Source: Candidatus Eiseniibacteriota bacterium (GTDB taxonomy: Bacteria; Eisenbacteria; RBG-16-71-46; JABDJR01). Taken from it: a stretch of 64,000 nucleotides of DNA. A program made the translations under genes and the position numbers. Below the pieces are notes generated by a model. The model was not told the origin of the DNA and did no database searches. It worked only from the letters and a program-made list of their open reading frames with translations. Position 1 is the stretch's first letter; every line of letters starts with the position of its first letter. The stretch covers positions 96,001 through 160,000 of the forward strand of contig CAVXKA010000001.1 of the NCBI GenBank assembly GCA_963762255.1, given 5' to 3'. Below are positions 43,315-53,282 of this stretch, in pieces.

Positions 43315-43874
43315 ACCTCCACCTCCCCGAGCTTCATCGCTACCCTTCCAAGCCCCCGACGCCGTCCGCTACCCAGACCTCGAACGAAGCACAGACCCGC
43401 GCGTAGCGCCTCTTCAGCTCCACCGGGATCCCCCAGGGCGTGAACGCGAGCAGTGAGCGTGACCGGGATCGAGACCTCCACGAAACGCAGTGTCTCGTCT
43501 GCCGCCTGTCCAGTACGGCCTTCTATCGCGGTCATTCCTAGGCGCCTGAACAGCACCTCGCAGCGCGCCTCCGGATCGGTGGCGACCCACGCCTCCAACT
43601 CCTTACCCAGTGTCGCGTCCGAGAAGCGAAGGCTTCCCTCCTGCTGGGGCTTGCCAAACAACCGGGCGACCGTTCCCGCGGGCACGGCATGGTGTCCGGC
43701 TTCCTCAGCCTGGTGCACTCCCTCTCGCACGAGTCCCCGGAGTGTCTTCCCAGGCAGATATGGCAACCCGGCCGGCGTCTTTACCGGTTCCGAGTCAACG
43801 ACAGGACCTCGGCTCCGGCCGCTTCCCGCGTGCCAGTACTCAAGAATCTCGACCGTCAGGCTCCATTCCCTCAT
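43311..43874 (-). CDS. cas7: Cas7 (Csm3-like) RAMP
   Basis: WHAGSG...VVD, LPYLPGKTLRGL, GLGSGRRRGLG. Confidence 0.9.
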   Translation of the reverse strand: MREWSLTVEILEYWHAGSGRSRGPVVDSEPVKTPAGLPYLPGKTLRGLVREGVHQAEEAGHHAVPAGTVARLFGKPQQEGSLRFSDATLGKELEAWVATDPEARCEVLFRRLGMTAIEGRTGQAADETLRFVEVSIPVTLTARVHALGDPGGAEEALRAGLCFVRGLGSGRRRGLGRVAMKLGEVEV

Positions 43875-45508
43875 GCCTTACCCCCACGCTTAGGGCGCTC
43901 CATCAGGCGCACTACATAGGCATCCGCAAGAGGACTACGGATCACACCGTCCGCACCCGGGGCAGTCCAGATTGCTCTCCTGGCATTGGTCAGAGTCTCC
44001 AGAGCTTCCTCGAATTCCTGAAGGCCGGGACCGGCTTTGGGAGACTCAGTTTCCGCGCGCCCCTGCGTCACCTCGAGGATCCGAGCGAAGTCCTCGGTTG
44101 CGGCGACCGGGGAGTCGTGCATGACTTGTAGCAGGGTGCGAACCCGGCCCAATAGTTCAGTCGGAACTGCGTGCGCAAGAGTCCTCAGCGCGGCCAAGCT
44201 GGGCAATCGGTCGGCAGCCGGCCGGGCACCCACCCCGTAGGCCTCCATCGTGAGACGGTAGCCATCCCGGCTCAATTCGCGCCCGACCACTGACTCGGCG
44301 TCGATGGGCAGACTACCGGTGATTCTGAGGAAGGACAGGCCGGAGGGCGGCAACCCTGGATCCACCGACTTGACGTGACGCTTGGCCAGTTCGCACAGTG
44401 AGAAGGCAAGGTCATGGGCACGATCGAACGGGAACCCCGGCTTGACAAAGGCAACGCCGGCACAGGCGCTCAGACCCTCACGAATGCCCAGTTCCGGTTG
44501 TGCGAATCGCTCGGCTGTGAACCTTTCGAAATGAGTCAGAAAGGTTTCTGCGTAGCGCAGCCCAAGACGGCAATTGAGGAGGATCGTCAGATCATCACCG
44601 CCAAGGACAATGGGTCGGGCCGGGAAGACAAGTCGCTCATCATCCCCTCTGGGGTGAGAAATCGCAGCGGGGACCAGCACTTCCCTCGCTGCCTCTTCCG
44701 CCGCACGACGGGTGGCCTCTGTCAGCGCATCTGAAAACGCTGCGAATCGTCCCGCTGAGGCCGCTCCGTCCGTTGCTCCAAGAAGGGCTTGAATCGTCTT
44801 TCCGACATCGTTGCCATCGGCGTGAACAAGCGCGATATAGGGTTCATCCTGATCTGCAAGGAGTCCTTCTTCCGTCTCGGCACCGCTAGCGAAACGGTAC
44901 TTCGAGGTCAGTTCGCCCAGGAACCGGCGATCCAGGGAACTGGTGTCCCGAATCCCGGCACGGGCGAGCTCGTCCCTTGCTCTCTCTTTGGCCCAACTTG
45001 TCCGGTCTATTCGGAGGCGCTCCCCCGCTATCGAGATCTCGAATTCGACCGGCATCGAGGTCTGCGGATCGCGCTCCACAATGGGAGAGGGAACCGGCAG
45101 ATCCTCTACTGCCCATGCCCGCGACGCCTGCAACTCCTCTGCGAGGCGCCGCATGGCCTCGCCAAGTCCCCGCTCGTCCACCACCACGAGCGCCTGTTCG
45201 AGGAGGGCGCCCGGAGCGCGAGCTTCCACGATGAACGGCCAGACCTCATACAGGAATGCAAGCGCGTCCGCGTTCCTGGTCATGAGACGCACACCGGCGG
45301 CTGCGTGACTCAGGATGGTCACCTCGGAATCACGCATCCCCGAGGCGGCCAGGGCCCTCTTGAACGTGGCATCACAGAGATCCTCGAGAAGCTGGGATCC
45401 GCCTTGGACCTCGCGGAGGCGGGGACGGGTCAGGAGGTAGCGTTGAACTCTAGCGATCGAAAATCCGTAGAGCCACTGCCCCTGGGAAACAACCGATGCA
45501 GGTTCCAT
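43871..45508 (-). CDS. cas10: Cas10 (type III-D), no HD domain, intact Palm
   Basis: VQRYL...GGSQLL, IALVHADGNDVG, RPIVLGGDDL; 545 aa. Confidence 0.92.
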   Translation of the reverse strand: MEPASVVSQGQWLYGFSIARVQRYLLTRPRLREVQGGSQLLEDLCDATFKRALAASGMRDSEVTILSHAAAGVRLMTRNADALAFLYEVWPFIVEARAPGALLEQALVVVDERGLGEAMRRLAEELQASRAWAVEDLPVPSPIVERDPQTSMPVEFEISIAGERLRIDRTSWAKERARDELARAGIRDTSSLDRRFLGELTSKYRFASGAETEEGLLADQDEPYIALVHADGNDVGKTIQALLGATDGAASAGRFAAFSDALTEATRRAAEEAAREVLVPAAISHPRGDDERLVFPARPIVLGGDDLTILLNCRLGLRYAETFLTHFERFTAERFAQPELGIREGLSACAGVAFVKPGFPFDRAHDLAFSLCELAKRHVKSVDPGLPPSGLSFLRITGSLPIDAESVVGRELSRDGYRLTMEAYGVGARPAADRLPSLAALRTLAHAVPTELLGRVRTLLQVMHDSPVAATEDFARILEVTQGRAETESPKAGPGLQEFEEALETLTNARRAIWTAPGADGVIRSPLADAYVVRLMERPKRGGKA

Positions 45509-45762
45509 GACATGCCCTCGACCCCCGGGATTTCCCCAGGGAATGGACGTTCTGCTTCCTGGAACTCCTTGACCGAGGGCCGAGGGAAGCGGAATGGTCG
45601 GTTGGGGGGGGCCGACAGGTGCAGAGCGCAGTCTAGGTCAGAGAGCGATCGAGTCCAATACCGAATTTCTGCGGGCGCACGGCACAGATACGAATACGAA
45701 TCATCCATAATATGGACTTGCATACATGGCCCATTTGTGTCTCGTCACGAGAGGAAGTGATG

Positions 45763-48700
45763 GAAGCAATCCCCGCGGATTGGGGCAGTAATCGGAACTC
45801 AAACCAATCTTGTCGTTGAGACGCGCATGGGCGCTGAGTCTCAATCCCCACGGCTCGGGGCAGTAATCGGAACCTGGTGGACGGCTATATCACCTGGCGC
45901 TTGGCGATCGTGCCTCAATCCCCACGGCTCGGGGCAGTAATCGGAACGAAAGTCTTTGTCGGCTGTTCCGCAGGAACGGCCATCAAGTCTCAATCCCCAC
46001 GGCTCGGGGCAGTAATCGGGACGGTCGCATCCTAGAGGAGATCGACCGATGACCGCGCGTCTCAATCCCCACGGCTCGGGGCAGTAATCGGAACGCGACT
46101 TAGTCCGTCGGGACCAGGAGGCGAGGTACCCGTCTCAATCCCCACGGCTCGGGGCAGTAATCGGAACCTGCTGGCGCATCCGGCGAACCACCTGCTCGGC
46201 GTTTTGTCTCAATCCCCACGGCTCGGGGCAGTAATCGGAACTTTCGAGCAAACGGCATGCCCTTTCCAAGGGCTGAGAGTCTCAATCCCCACGGCTCGGG
46301 GCAGTAATCGGAACAGACCGCAACCCCGGAGGAAGGTGCGCGGCGCCACCTGTCTCAATCCCTACGGCTCGGGGCAGTAATCGGAACGCAGAGGAATTCA
46401 AGCTGGGCGTCCCCGAGGATATGCTCGTCTCAATCCCCACGGCTCGGGGCAGTAATCGGAACCGGACGGTCGCCGCCGCTCTCGTCCTCGCGGGACTCGA
46501 GTCTCAATCCCCACGGCTCGGGGCAGTAATAGGAACGTGTGGGGTGGCATACATCAAGAAGGACGAGAAGGACCCGTCTCAATCCCCACGGCTCGGGGCA
46601 GTAATCGGAACAAGAAGTATAGTGTAGCTCTTGAGTACCTTAAGGTCAGACTGTCTCAATCCCCACGGCTCGGGGCAGTAATCGGAACTCTACAACGTGG
46701 GGGCGGACAACGCTCGCACGACCAGTCTCAATCCCCACGGCTCGGGGCAGTAATCGGAACGGTCCTGCTGCAGGTCCACGAGATCGGCGACCCGAGGTCT
46801 CAATCCCCATGGCTCGGGGCAGTAATCAGAACCCAGGGACTTCGAGTGCGACGACTGCGGCGCAATCGTGTCTCAATCCCCACGGCTCGGGGCAGTAATC
46901 AGAACTGACTCGCGAGTGGACCAAGGATGCGACTACCGGTACGTCTCAATCCCCACGGCTCGGGGCAGTAATCGGAACGTGTGGCATACGTGAAGGAGTG
47001 CTCGCAGAGGTTTGAGTCTCAATCCCCACGGCTCGGGGCAGTAATCGGAACGCACGCCCCGGTTCCCGACCCCCGCCGGGCCGCCGAAGTCTCAATCCCC
47101 ACGGCTCGGGGCAGTAATCGGAACTTGCGTGAACAACGCTACCCACAAACGTGGGGGCAAAGTCTCAATCCCCACGGCTCGGGGCGGTAATCGGAACGAA
47201 AGAAGCCGAAACCCTGGAGGTGAAATGAGCGAGGTCTCAATCCCCACGGCTCGGGGCAGTAATCGGAACGCCACACACAAGGCGCGAAACGAAAGGAACG
47301 GAACGTGGTCTCAATCCCCACGGCTCGGGGCAGTAATCGGAACACCCATACACGCATGCACAGGGGGAGGACAAGTAGCATAGGTCTCAATCCCCACGGC
47401 TCGGGGCAGTAATCGGAACAAGACCCCGGCCGAGGGTGCGAAGGCCTTCTTCGAGTCTCAATCCCCACGGCTCGGGGCAGTAATCGGAACCTCGTTATCG
47501 ACGGCATGGTGAACCTTTACACGGTGAACGTCTCAATCCCCACGGCTCGGGGCAGTAATCGGAACAACGCGGGGAGCTGGGGAAACGCCGTCGACGTTCT
47601 CGTCTCAATCCCCACGGCTCGGGGCAGTAATCGGAACGTACGACAAGTTTCCCAGCGAAGACCACAAGTACATGTCTCAATCCCCACGGCTCGGGGCAGT
47701 AATCGGAACTGAACTGTGTTACTGGATTGGTGGTAGTGTCGTGAATGTCTCAATCCCCACGGCTCGGGGCAGTAATCGGAACGAAGGAGTTTCCGGTCCT
47801 GCGATGGTCCTTGAAAAGTCTCAATCCCCACGGCTCGGGGCAGTAATCGGAACCATCGCCTGCGCCATCTTCTAGCCCACCCCGCACCTTCTTGTCTCAA
47901 TCCCCACGGCTCGGGGCAGTAATCGGAACCGGCGACCGGGTCATCGTCAAGGCGGCCATTCTGGCGTCTCAATCCCCACGGCTCGGGGCAGTAATCGGAA
48001 CAAATTCTAAATAGAAGACGCACCGAAGGCTTTCCGCCATGTCTCAATCCCCACGGCTCGGGGCAGTAATCGGAACCAGCGGCCCTGCTGGTGTGGAAGT
48101 GGCGAAAAAACGAGAGTCTCAATCCCCACGGCTCGGGGCAGTAATTGGAACGATTACTGTGGTCGCACTACTCACCTACGGCACAACTGGTCTCAATCCC
48201 CACGGCTCGGGGCAGTAATCGGAACTGGTTTCCTATGATGCCTTAAGCATCATCGGTGCCGGGTCTCAATCCCCACGGCTCGGGGCAGTAATCGGAACTG
48301 AACTGTGTTACTGGATTGGTGGTAGTGTCGTGAATGTCTCAATCCCCACGGCTCGGGGCAGTAATCGGAACGAAGGAGTTTCCGGTCCTGCGATGGTCCT
48401 TGAAAAGTCTCAATCCCCACGGCTCGGGGCAGTAATCGGAACAGAACACCAGCGGTCCCGCTGGCGTGGAAGTCGCGAAGGTCTCAATCCCCACGGCTCG
48501 GGGCAGTAATCGGAACACGTGTCCTGGCAGTGCTACACTCGGTGTCGGAACGATGCGTCTCAATCCCCACGGCTCGGGGCAGTAATCGGAACGTGCTCAC
48601 GAGTGATATGCGCCATACCTTTGATCTTGCGTCTCAATCCCCACGGCTCGGGGCAGTAATCGGAACGAGACTGACTCTCGTTTTGTTGGTCGCTTGTGCG

Positions 48701-49178
48701 GCCAGTCTCAATCCCCACGGCTCGGGGCAGTAATCGGAACAGATGGTGAGGCGTTCGGTAGTCGCCTCGCTTCTCAGTCTCAATCCCCACGGCTCGGGGC
48801 AGTAATCGGAACTAAACAACGTATTAGGATTACTAGATTGTTCTTGCGGAAGTCTCAATCCCCACGGCTCGGGGCAGTAATCGGAACCGGCCAACCTCCT
48901 CCCCGACGGCAGGCCCGGATCCGGTCTCAATCCCCACGGCTCGGGGCAGTAATCGGAACGATCGTGATCTGGTTCGGATTGGGGCTCATCGTTCTGTCTC
49001 AATCCCCACGGCTCGGGGCAGTAATCGGAACGTGGAGATTCCCATCACGATTGGCGCGTGGGAGATCGGTCTCAATCCCCACGGCTCGGGGCAGTAATCG
49101 GAACCAGCTGCTGTTCGGTCTGTCCCTGGGTGCGTCCGATCTGTCTCAATCCCCACGGCTCGGGGCAGTAATCGGAAC
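45763..49178 (-). CRISPR. CRISPR array 1: 47 repeats (one degenerate, terminal), 46 spacers
   Basis: 36-nt repeat GTCTCAATCCCCACGGCTCGGGGCAGTAATCGGAAC; minus strand ends ATTGAGAC; degenerate copy at 45763, leader on the right; counted by eye. Confidence 0.99.
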
Positions 49179-49300
49179 GGTACGCCCGTAACCCCTTGTC
49201 TGACAAGGGCTCTGATGGTGGTTTCCGCCGACCTCGGTCGAACCACCCCGAAACTTCGCGTGGCGCAAGAAACGCATTCGATAACCTCTTGTCTCACAAC
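49179..49300 (-). promoter_or_regulatory. CRISPR leader 1
   Basis: Homologous to leader 2; direct repeats at 49189 and 49282. Confidence 0.8.
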
Positions 49301-49483
49301 ATCCGCCGGCCGCGACCGACGCCCGGCGACCGAATCGCCACGGAGCTATGCAGTTGTGCCAGTCCATCGCGTCCCCCGCCTCCACCTCACCCGACCGGCG
49401 GAGGCCCCTGCACGGCCTTCCGACAGCCCCACCGCCGCCTTCCCCGCTCGCAGAAGTATGTGGCCATCCGTCATCGAATTCTG

Positions 49484-49512
49484 TTGCCATGGAAAGTTCA
49501 AGGGTCTATAGA
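49484..49512 (+). promoter_or_regulatory. Possible sigma70 promoter of the RT-cas1 operon
   Basis: TTGCCA-N17-TATAGA. Confidence 0.4.
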
Positions 49513-49622
49513 AAGAACTGTTCGATCATCTTCCGGCCCTATCCCCTGTGGCATCCCGAAGATGGTAGCGCAATCCGCGTCTGAAAGACGTGCTGCAAAC
49601 TGTCCCCACTGGAGGATCGGCG

Positions 49623-51731
49623 ATGGGAGAACTCTTCGAGAAGGTCACCTCACCCCTGATTCTCGCAGAGGGGTTCGATCGAGTCGAGGAGAACCACGGT
49701 TCTCCGGGAACCGACGGGCAGACGATCGAGGTGTTCGCCGCGAACCTCGACTTGAACCTCTCGCTGCTGCAATCAGAGTTGCGCTCGGAGCAGTACCGCC
49801 CGCGACCTCTCCTGCGCGTCGGCATTCCCAAGGAGACCGGCGGCACGCGATACCTCTCGATCCCCACCGTGCGGGATCGCGTGGCACAGAGCGCCGTCTA
49901 TCTCGTTCTGGCCCCCCTGCTCGAACCTGAATTCGAGGATGCGAGCTTTGCCTACCGTCCCGGACGGTCGGTCGATCAGGCCATCCAGCGCGTCCTCTCC
50001 TTGCGGAACGCGGGATTCACGTGGCTCCTCGACGCCGACATCTTTCACTTCTTCGACGAGATCCCGCACGATCGGCTATTCGCACTCCTGGAGCGGTTCG
50101 TGCCCGACGAGAAGATCACGGATCTACTGAAGCAATGGACCGCATGCGAGATCTGGTTCGAGGGCAAGACCTACCGCATGGTCAAGGGCATTCCCCAGGG
50201 TTCGCCGCTGTCCCCTGTCATGGCTAACCTCTATCTCGATCGACTGGACGAGGCTTTTCTCGAGACCCAGCATCGGATCGTTCGCTTCGCGGATGACTTC
50301 ATCGTGCTGTGCCGGAACCGGTCGGACGCGGAGGGAGCACAGGCGCTCTCGACCCGAATCCTCTCGGAGCTTGGCCTTCAACTCCACCCCGAGAAGACAC
50401 GGGTCACGAGCTTCGAGCAGGGGTTTCGTTATCTTGGCGTTCAGTTCCTTCGCTCGTTCGCCTTCAGGCCGATCGAGGCCCCCGAACCTAGCGAGGGCTC
50501 CACCGCGGCGGCGATAAGGTCGACCGAGCCTCTCGTGCCGGCGCTCCCCCCACCCAAGTCGAAGACAACGGTAGGGGGGGCATTTCGCGCGGCCCTGGAG
50601 GGACTCCCCCCGGGTGAGGCGGCGCACCGCTGGTCGGACCTGCATGTGTCCACGGGGTCGGCGCCTTCTGATGAGTCGGCCGTCTCGCCAGATCTTCCAA
50701 CACCGACAGCCGGTCATGACCCGACGCTTCGGACTCTCTACCTCATGGAACAGGGGGCCGAACTCGGCAAGGAAGACGAGCGATTCGTGGTCCGCAAGGA
50801 GGGCCGAATTCTCGCCAAGGTCCCCGCACTCAAGGTGAATCAGATCCTGGTATTCGGCAACATCCGCCTATCCACGCCGTCGGTCCAGTTCTGCCTTGTG
50901 CGGGACATCCCGATCTACCTGCTTTCGAGCCGCGGACGCTACTACGGCGTCATCGAATCGACTCAGGGGAACCGCGTCATGCTTCATGGGGCCCAATTCA
51001 ATCGGGCCGGCGACGACGGATTCCGATTGACGGTTTCCAGAGGGTTCGTGAAGGGGAAGATCGCGAATTGTCGAACCGTCCTGCAGCGACACGCTCGTTC
51101 CCGCAGCGAAACCGGGCTCCAGGAGTCCCTGGGCCGGATGAAGGAGATGCTCGACGGCCTGGACAGGGCGGAGACGCTGGATCAGCTTCGCGGAATGGAA
51201 GGGGCTGCGGCGGCATCCTACTTCTCGGCGCTCTCCGGACTGCTAGGGCCGGAATGGGGATTTTCGCGGCGAGAGCGCCAGCCGCCGACCGATCCCGTCA
51301 ATAGCATGTTGTCCTTCGGTTACACGCTCCTCTTCTACAACGTCTATTCGCTCTTGCGCGCCGCCGGGCTTCATCCCTATGTCGGCATCTATCACTCCCT
51401 GAGGGATAACCACCCCGCCCTGGTTTCGGACCTGATGGAGGAGTTTCGGGCACCTCTGGTCGACCGAACCGTGCTCAGTCTCATCGATCGCAAACAGGTG
51501 AAGCCCGGCGATTTCACGATCGGCACGGAGAAGGAGCCGGGGTGCTTTCTCTCCGAAGACGCTCGTCGCATCGTGGGAGCTGCCTTCGAAGAGGCGTTCA
51601 ACCGCTTGGTGACTCATCCGGACGCCGGGGAGAAATGTGACTACCGAAGGGTGATCTTCCTGCAGGCTTTGCGCGTCCAGGGAGCCATCGAAGCTCGAGA
51701 GCCGGCCTACGAGCCCTTCATCTTGAAGTGA
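49623..51731 (+). CDS. cas1: Reverse transcriptase-Cas1 fusion
   Basis: RT: IPTVRDRVAQ, SFAYRPGRS, GIPQGSPLSP, RFADD; Cas1: LRGMEGAAAASYF, DPVNSMLSFGY, LVSDLMEEFR; GGAGG RBS. Confidence 0.97.
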   Translation: MGELFEKVTSPLILAEGFDRVEENHGSPGTDGQTIEVFAANLDLNLSLLQSELRSEQYRPRPLLRVGIPKETGGTRYLSIPTVRDRVAQSAVYLVLAPLLEPEFEDASFAYRPGRSVDQAIQRVLSLRNAGFTWLLDADIFHFFDEIPHDRLFALLERFVPDEKITDLLKQWTACEIWFEGKTYRMVKGIPQGSPLSPVMANLYLDRLDEAFLETQHRIVRFADDFIVLCRNRSDAEGAQALSTRILSELGLQLHPEKTRVTSFEQGFRYLGVQFLRSFAFRPIEAPEPSEGSTAAAIRSTEPLVPALPPPKSKTTVGGAFRAALEGLPPGEAAHRWSDLHVSTGSAPSDESAVSPDLPTPTAGHDPTLRTLYLMEQGAELGKEDERFVVRKEGRILAKVPALKVNQILVFGNIRLSTPSVQFCLVRDIPIYLLSSRGRYYGVIESTQGNRVMLHGAQFNRAGDDGFRLTVSRGFVKGKIANCRTVLQRHARSRSETGLQESLGRMKEMLDGLDRAETLDQLRGMEGAAAASYFSALSGLLGPEWGFSRRERQPPTDPVNSMLSFGYTLLFYNVYSLLRAAGLHPYVGIYHSLRDNHPALVSDLMEEFRAPLVDRTVLSLIDRKQVKPGDFTIGTEKEPGCFLSEDARRIVGAAFEEAFNRLVTHPDAGEKCDYRRVIFLQALRVQGAIEAREPAYEPFILK

Positions 51732-51741
51732 GGACGCAAGG

Positions 51742-52053
51742 GTGTGCACTCTGCCCCAACCAGCCGCTTCGCCGCGACACGTGTGGGTCATCGCGTACGA
51801 CATCCGGGATGACAAGCGACGTGTTCGTGTGGCGAAGCATCTCTGTAGCTACGGGGAACGTGTTCAGCACAGCGTGTTCGAGAGCCGTCTGACTTCCGGG
51901 GAGGTTGCCTTGCTCCGCTCCGAACTCCGAGAGATCGTGGATCTCAAGGAGGACCAGCTTCGGTTCTACCCGCTGTGTCTGACCTGCGAGGCTCGGATCC
52001 GCCGGCAGGGCACCGCCACCACACTGGATGCGGATGGATACTCGATCATCTGA
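51742..52053 (+). CDS. cas2: Cas2
   Basis: VIAYDIRDDKRR, ERVQHSVFE. Confidence 0.93.
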   Translation: MCTLPQPAASPRHVWVIAYDIRDDKRRVRVAKHLCSYGERVQHSVFESRLTSGEVALLRSELREIVDLKEDQLRFYPLCLTCEARIRRQGTATTLDADGYSII

Positions 52054-52054
52054 C

Positions 52055-52331
52055 ATGTTCATCGTCGTCTCGTACGATGTCGCCGGCAGCAAGGCGCGCC
52101 GACGTGTGGCGTCCGAGTTGGAGAATTTCGGTATCAGGACCCAGTACAGCATCTTCGAGTGCCACCTGGACGATAAGCGGCTGGAGGACTTGGAAGGACG
52201 TTCTCGCTGAGCTGATTGACTGGGAGACCGATCGGGTGGCTTACTACAGTCTCTGCGCGGACGATGCCGGGCAAATCCTCACCGATGGGCCGGGCGCGGT
52301 GGCGGCGGACTCGGACTACCACATCATCTAA
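52055..52331 (+). CDS. cas2: Second Cas2 (frameshift near 52193)
   Basis: VVSYDV, RTQYSIFEC, then DVLAELIDWETDRVAYYSLC in the next frame. Confidence 0.88.
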
Positions 52332-52343
52332 GGACGCTCGGAC

Positions 52344-53282
52344 ATGCGCCTCGCTGACAGGATCCGGCTCAACCTCGCGGACCTGGCGGTGCTTCCACGC
52401 CGGCTGGAGCTGAAGCTCGCTGAACCCTGCCCCGTTTCTGTTGCGTTGCTGCGCGGTGTCTGGGGAGCCGCGCTCCACGAATCAGCGGGAGAGGTCTATC
52501 GCGAAGTATTCGAGGGCGAAGGATCCGCGCATCTTCGGACCCCCCAGTACGTGCTCAGGCTGGCCCAGCCCCCGGGAACCTCCACGGTTACCCTTGAATG
52601 GGTGACCTTCGGATCTGCTTTGCGTTGCGGCGAGGCTCTAATTCAGGCTTGGCGGCTCGCGGGCGTCATGGGCCTGGGGTCTGAGCGCATTCCATTCCAG
52701 GTGCGTGAAGTCTTGGAATTGGGCCCGGGGGGCGCGCCGGCACCGGTGGGGACATGGCCGGAGGGTTGGCCCGTCTCACTTGACCGGAGCCCCGTGTCCG
52801 GTGTCGACGGGACGCTGCCTGTTCGCGTCGCCTTTCCGTCGGGGGTTCGCGTGATGAGGCGCCTAGCGGGAACTTCGCGCGCGGTTCTCACCGAGTCCCC
52901 TGGCCCCGCTGAGATCGCACTGGGAGCGCTCCGCAGGTTAGCCGCATGCATGCCCGAGGGCTCGGGCATCAACGATGGCCGCGGGCTGCTTGGCTTGCAC
53001 GACGATGTCCGCGACTACGCCCAGGGCGTGCCTCACCTTGGGTGGCAGGGACAGCGATCCGACTACTCCCGCTATTCCGCCCGTCAGCGCGACGAATACG
53101 AGATTCGCGCCGTGACTGGACATCTGGACCTGCCGAAGGGGAGCGGGGAAATCTGGCCGCTCATCGCCGCGGCGCAGTGGCTCCACATCGGCAAGGGTAC
53201 GACGCTCGGGCTGGGACAGCTTGTGATCCTGCCGCTTCCGGATCCGAGCACCTCGGACACAGGGGAGATCCCACAGCTATGA
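52344..53282 (+). CDS. cas6: Cas6 endoribonuclease
   Basis: LRGVWGAAL, RYSARQ, HIGKGTTLGLG glycine loop. Confidence 0.92.
   Translation: MRLADRIRLNLADLAVLPRRLELKLAEPCPVSVALLRGVWGAALHESAGEVYREVFEGEGSAHLRTPQYVLRLAQPPGTSTVTLEWVTFGSALRCGEALIQAWRLAGVMGLGSERIPFQVREVLELGPGGAPAPVGTWPEGWPVSLDRSPVSGVDGTLPVRVAFPSGVRVMRRLAGTSRAVLTESPGPAEIALGALRRLAACMPEGSGINDGRGLLGLHDDVRDYAQGVPHLGWQGQRSDYSRYSARQRDEYEIRAVTGHLDLPKGSGEIWPLIAAAQWLHIGKGTTLGLGQLVILPLPDPSTSDTGEIPQL

Noticed and set aside
45430-45723. 97-aa ORF upstream of cas10
   Set aside because: Overlaps the cas10 start, no recognisable motif; more likely promoter region
46537-47015. Two spacers sharing GTGGCATAC (VAYIKK and VAYVKE)
   Set aside because: Similarity is short and diverges afterwards
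45841-49297. ORFs inside CRISPR array 1
   Set aside because: Translations of repeats and spacers
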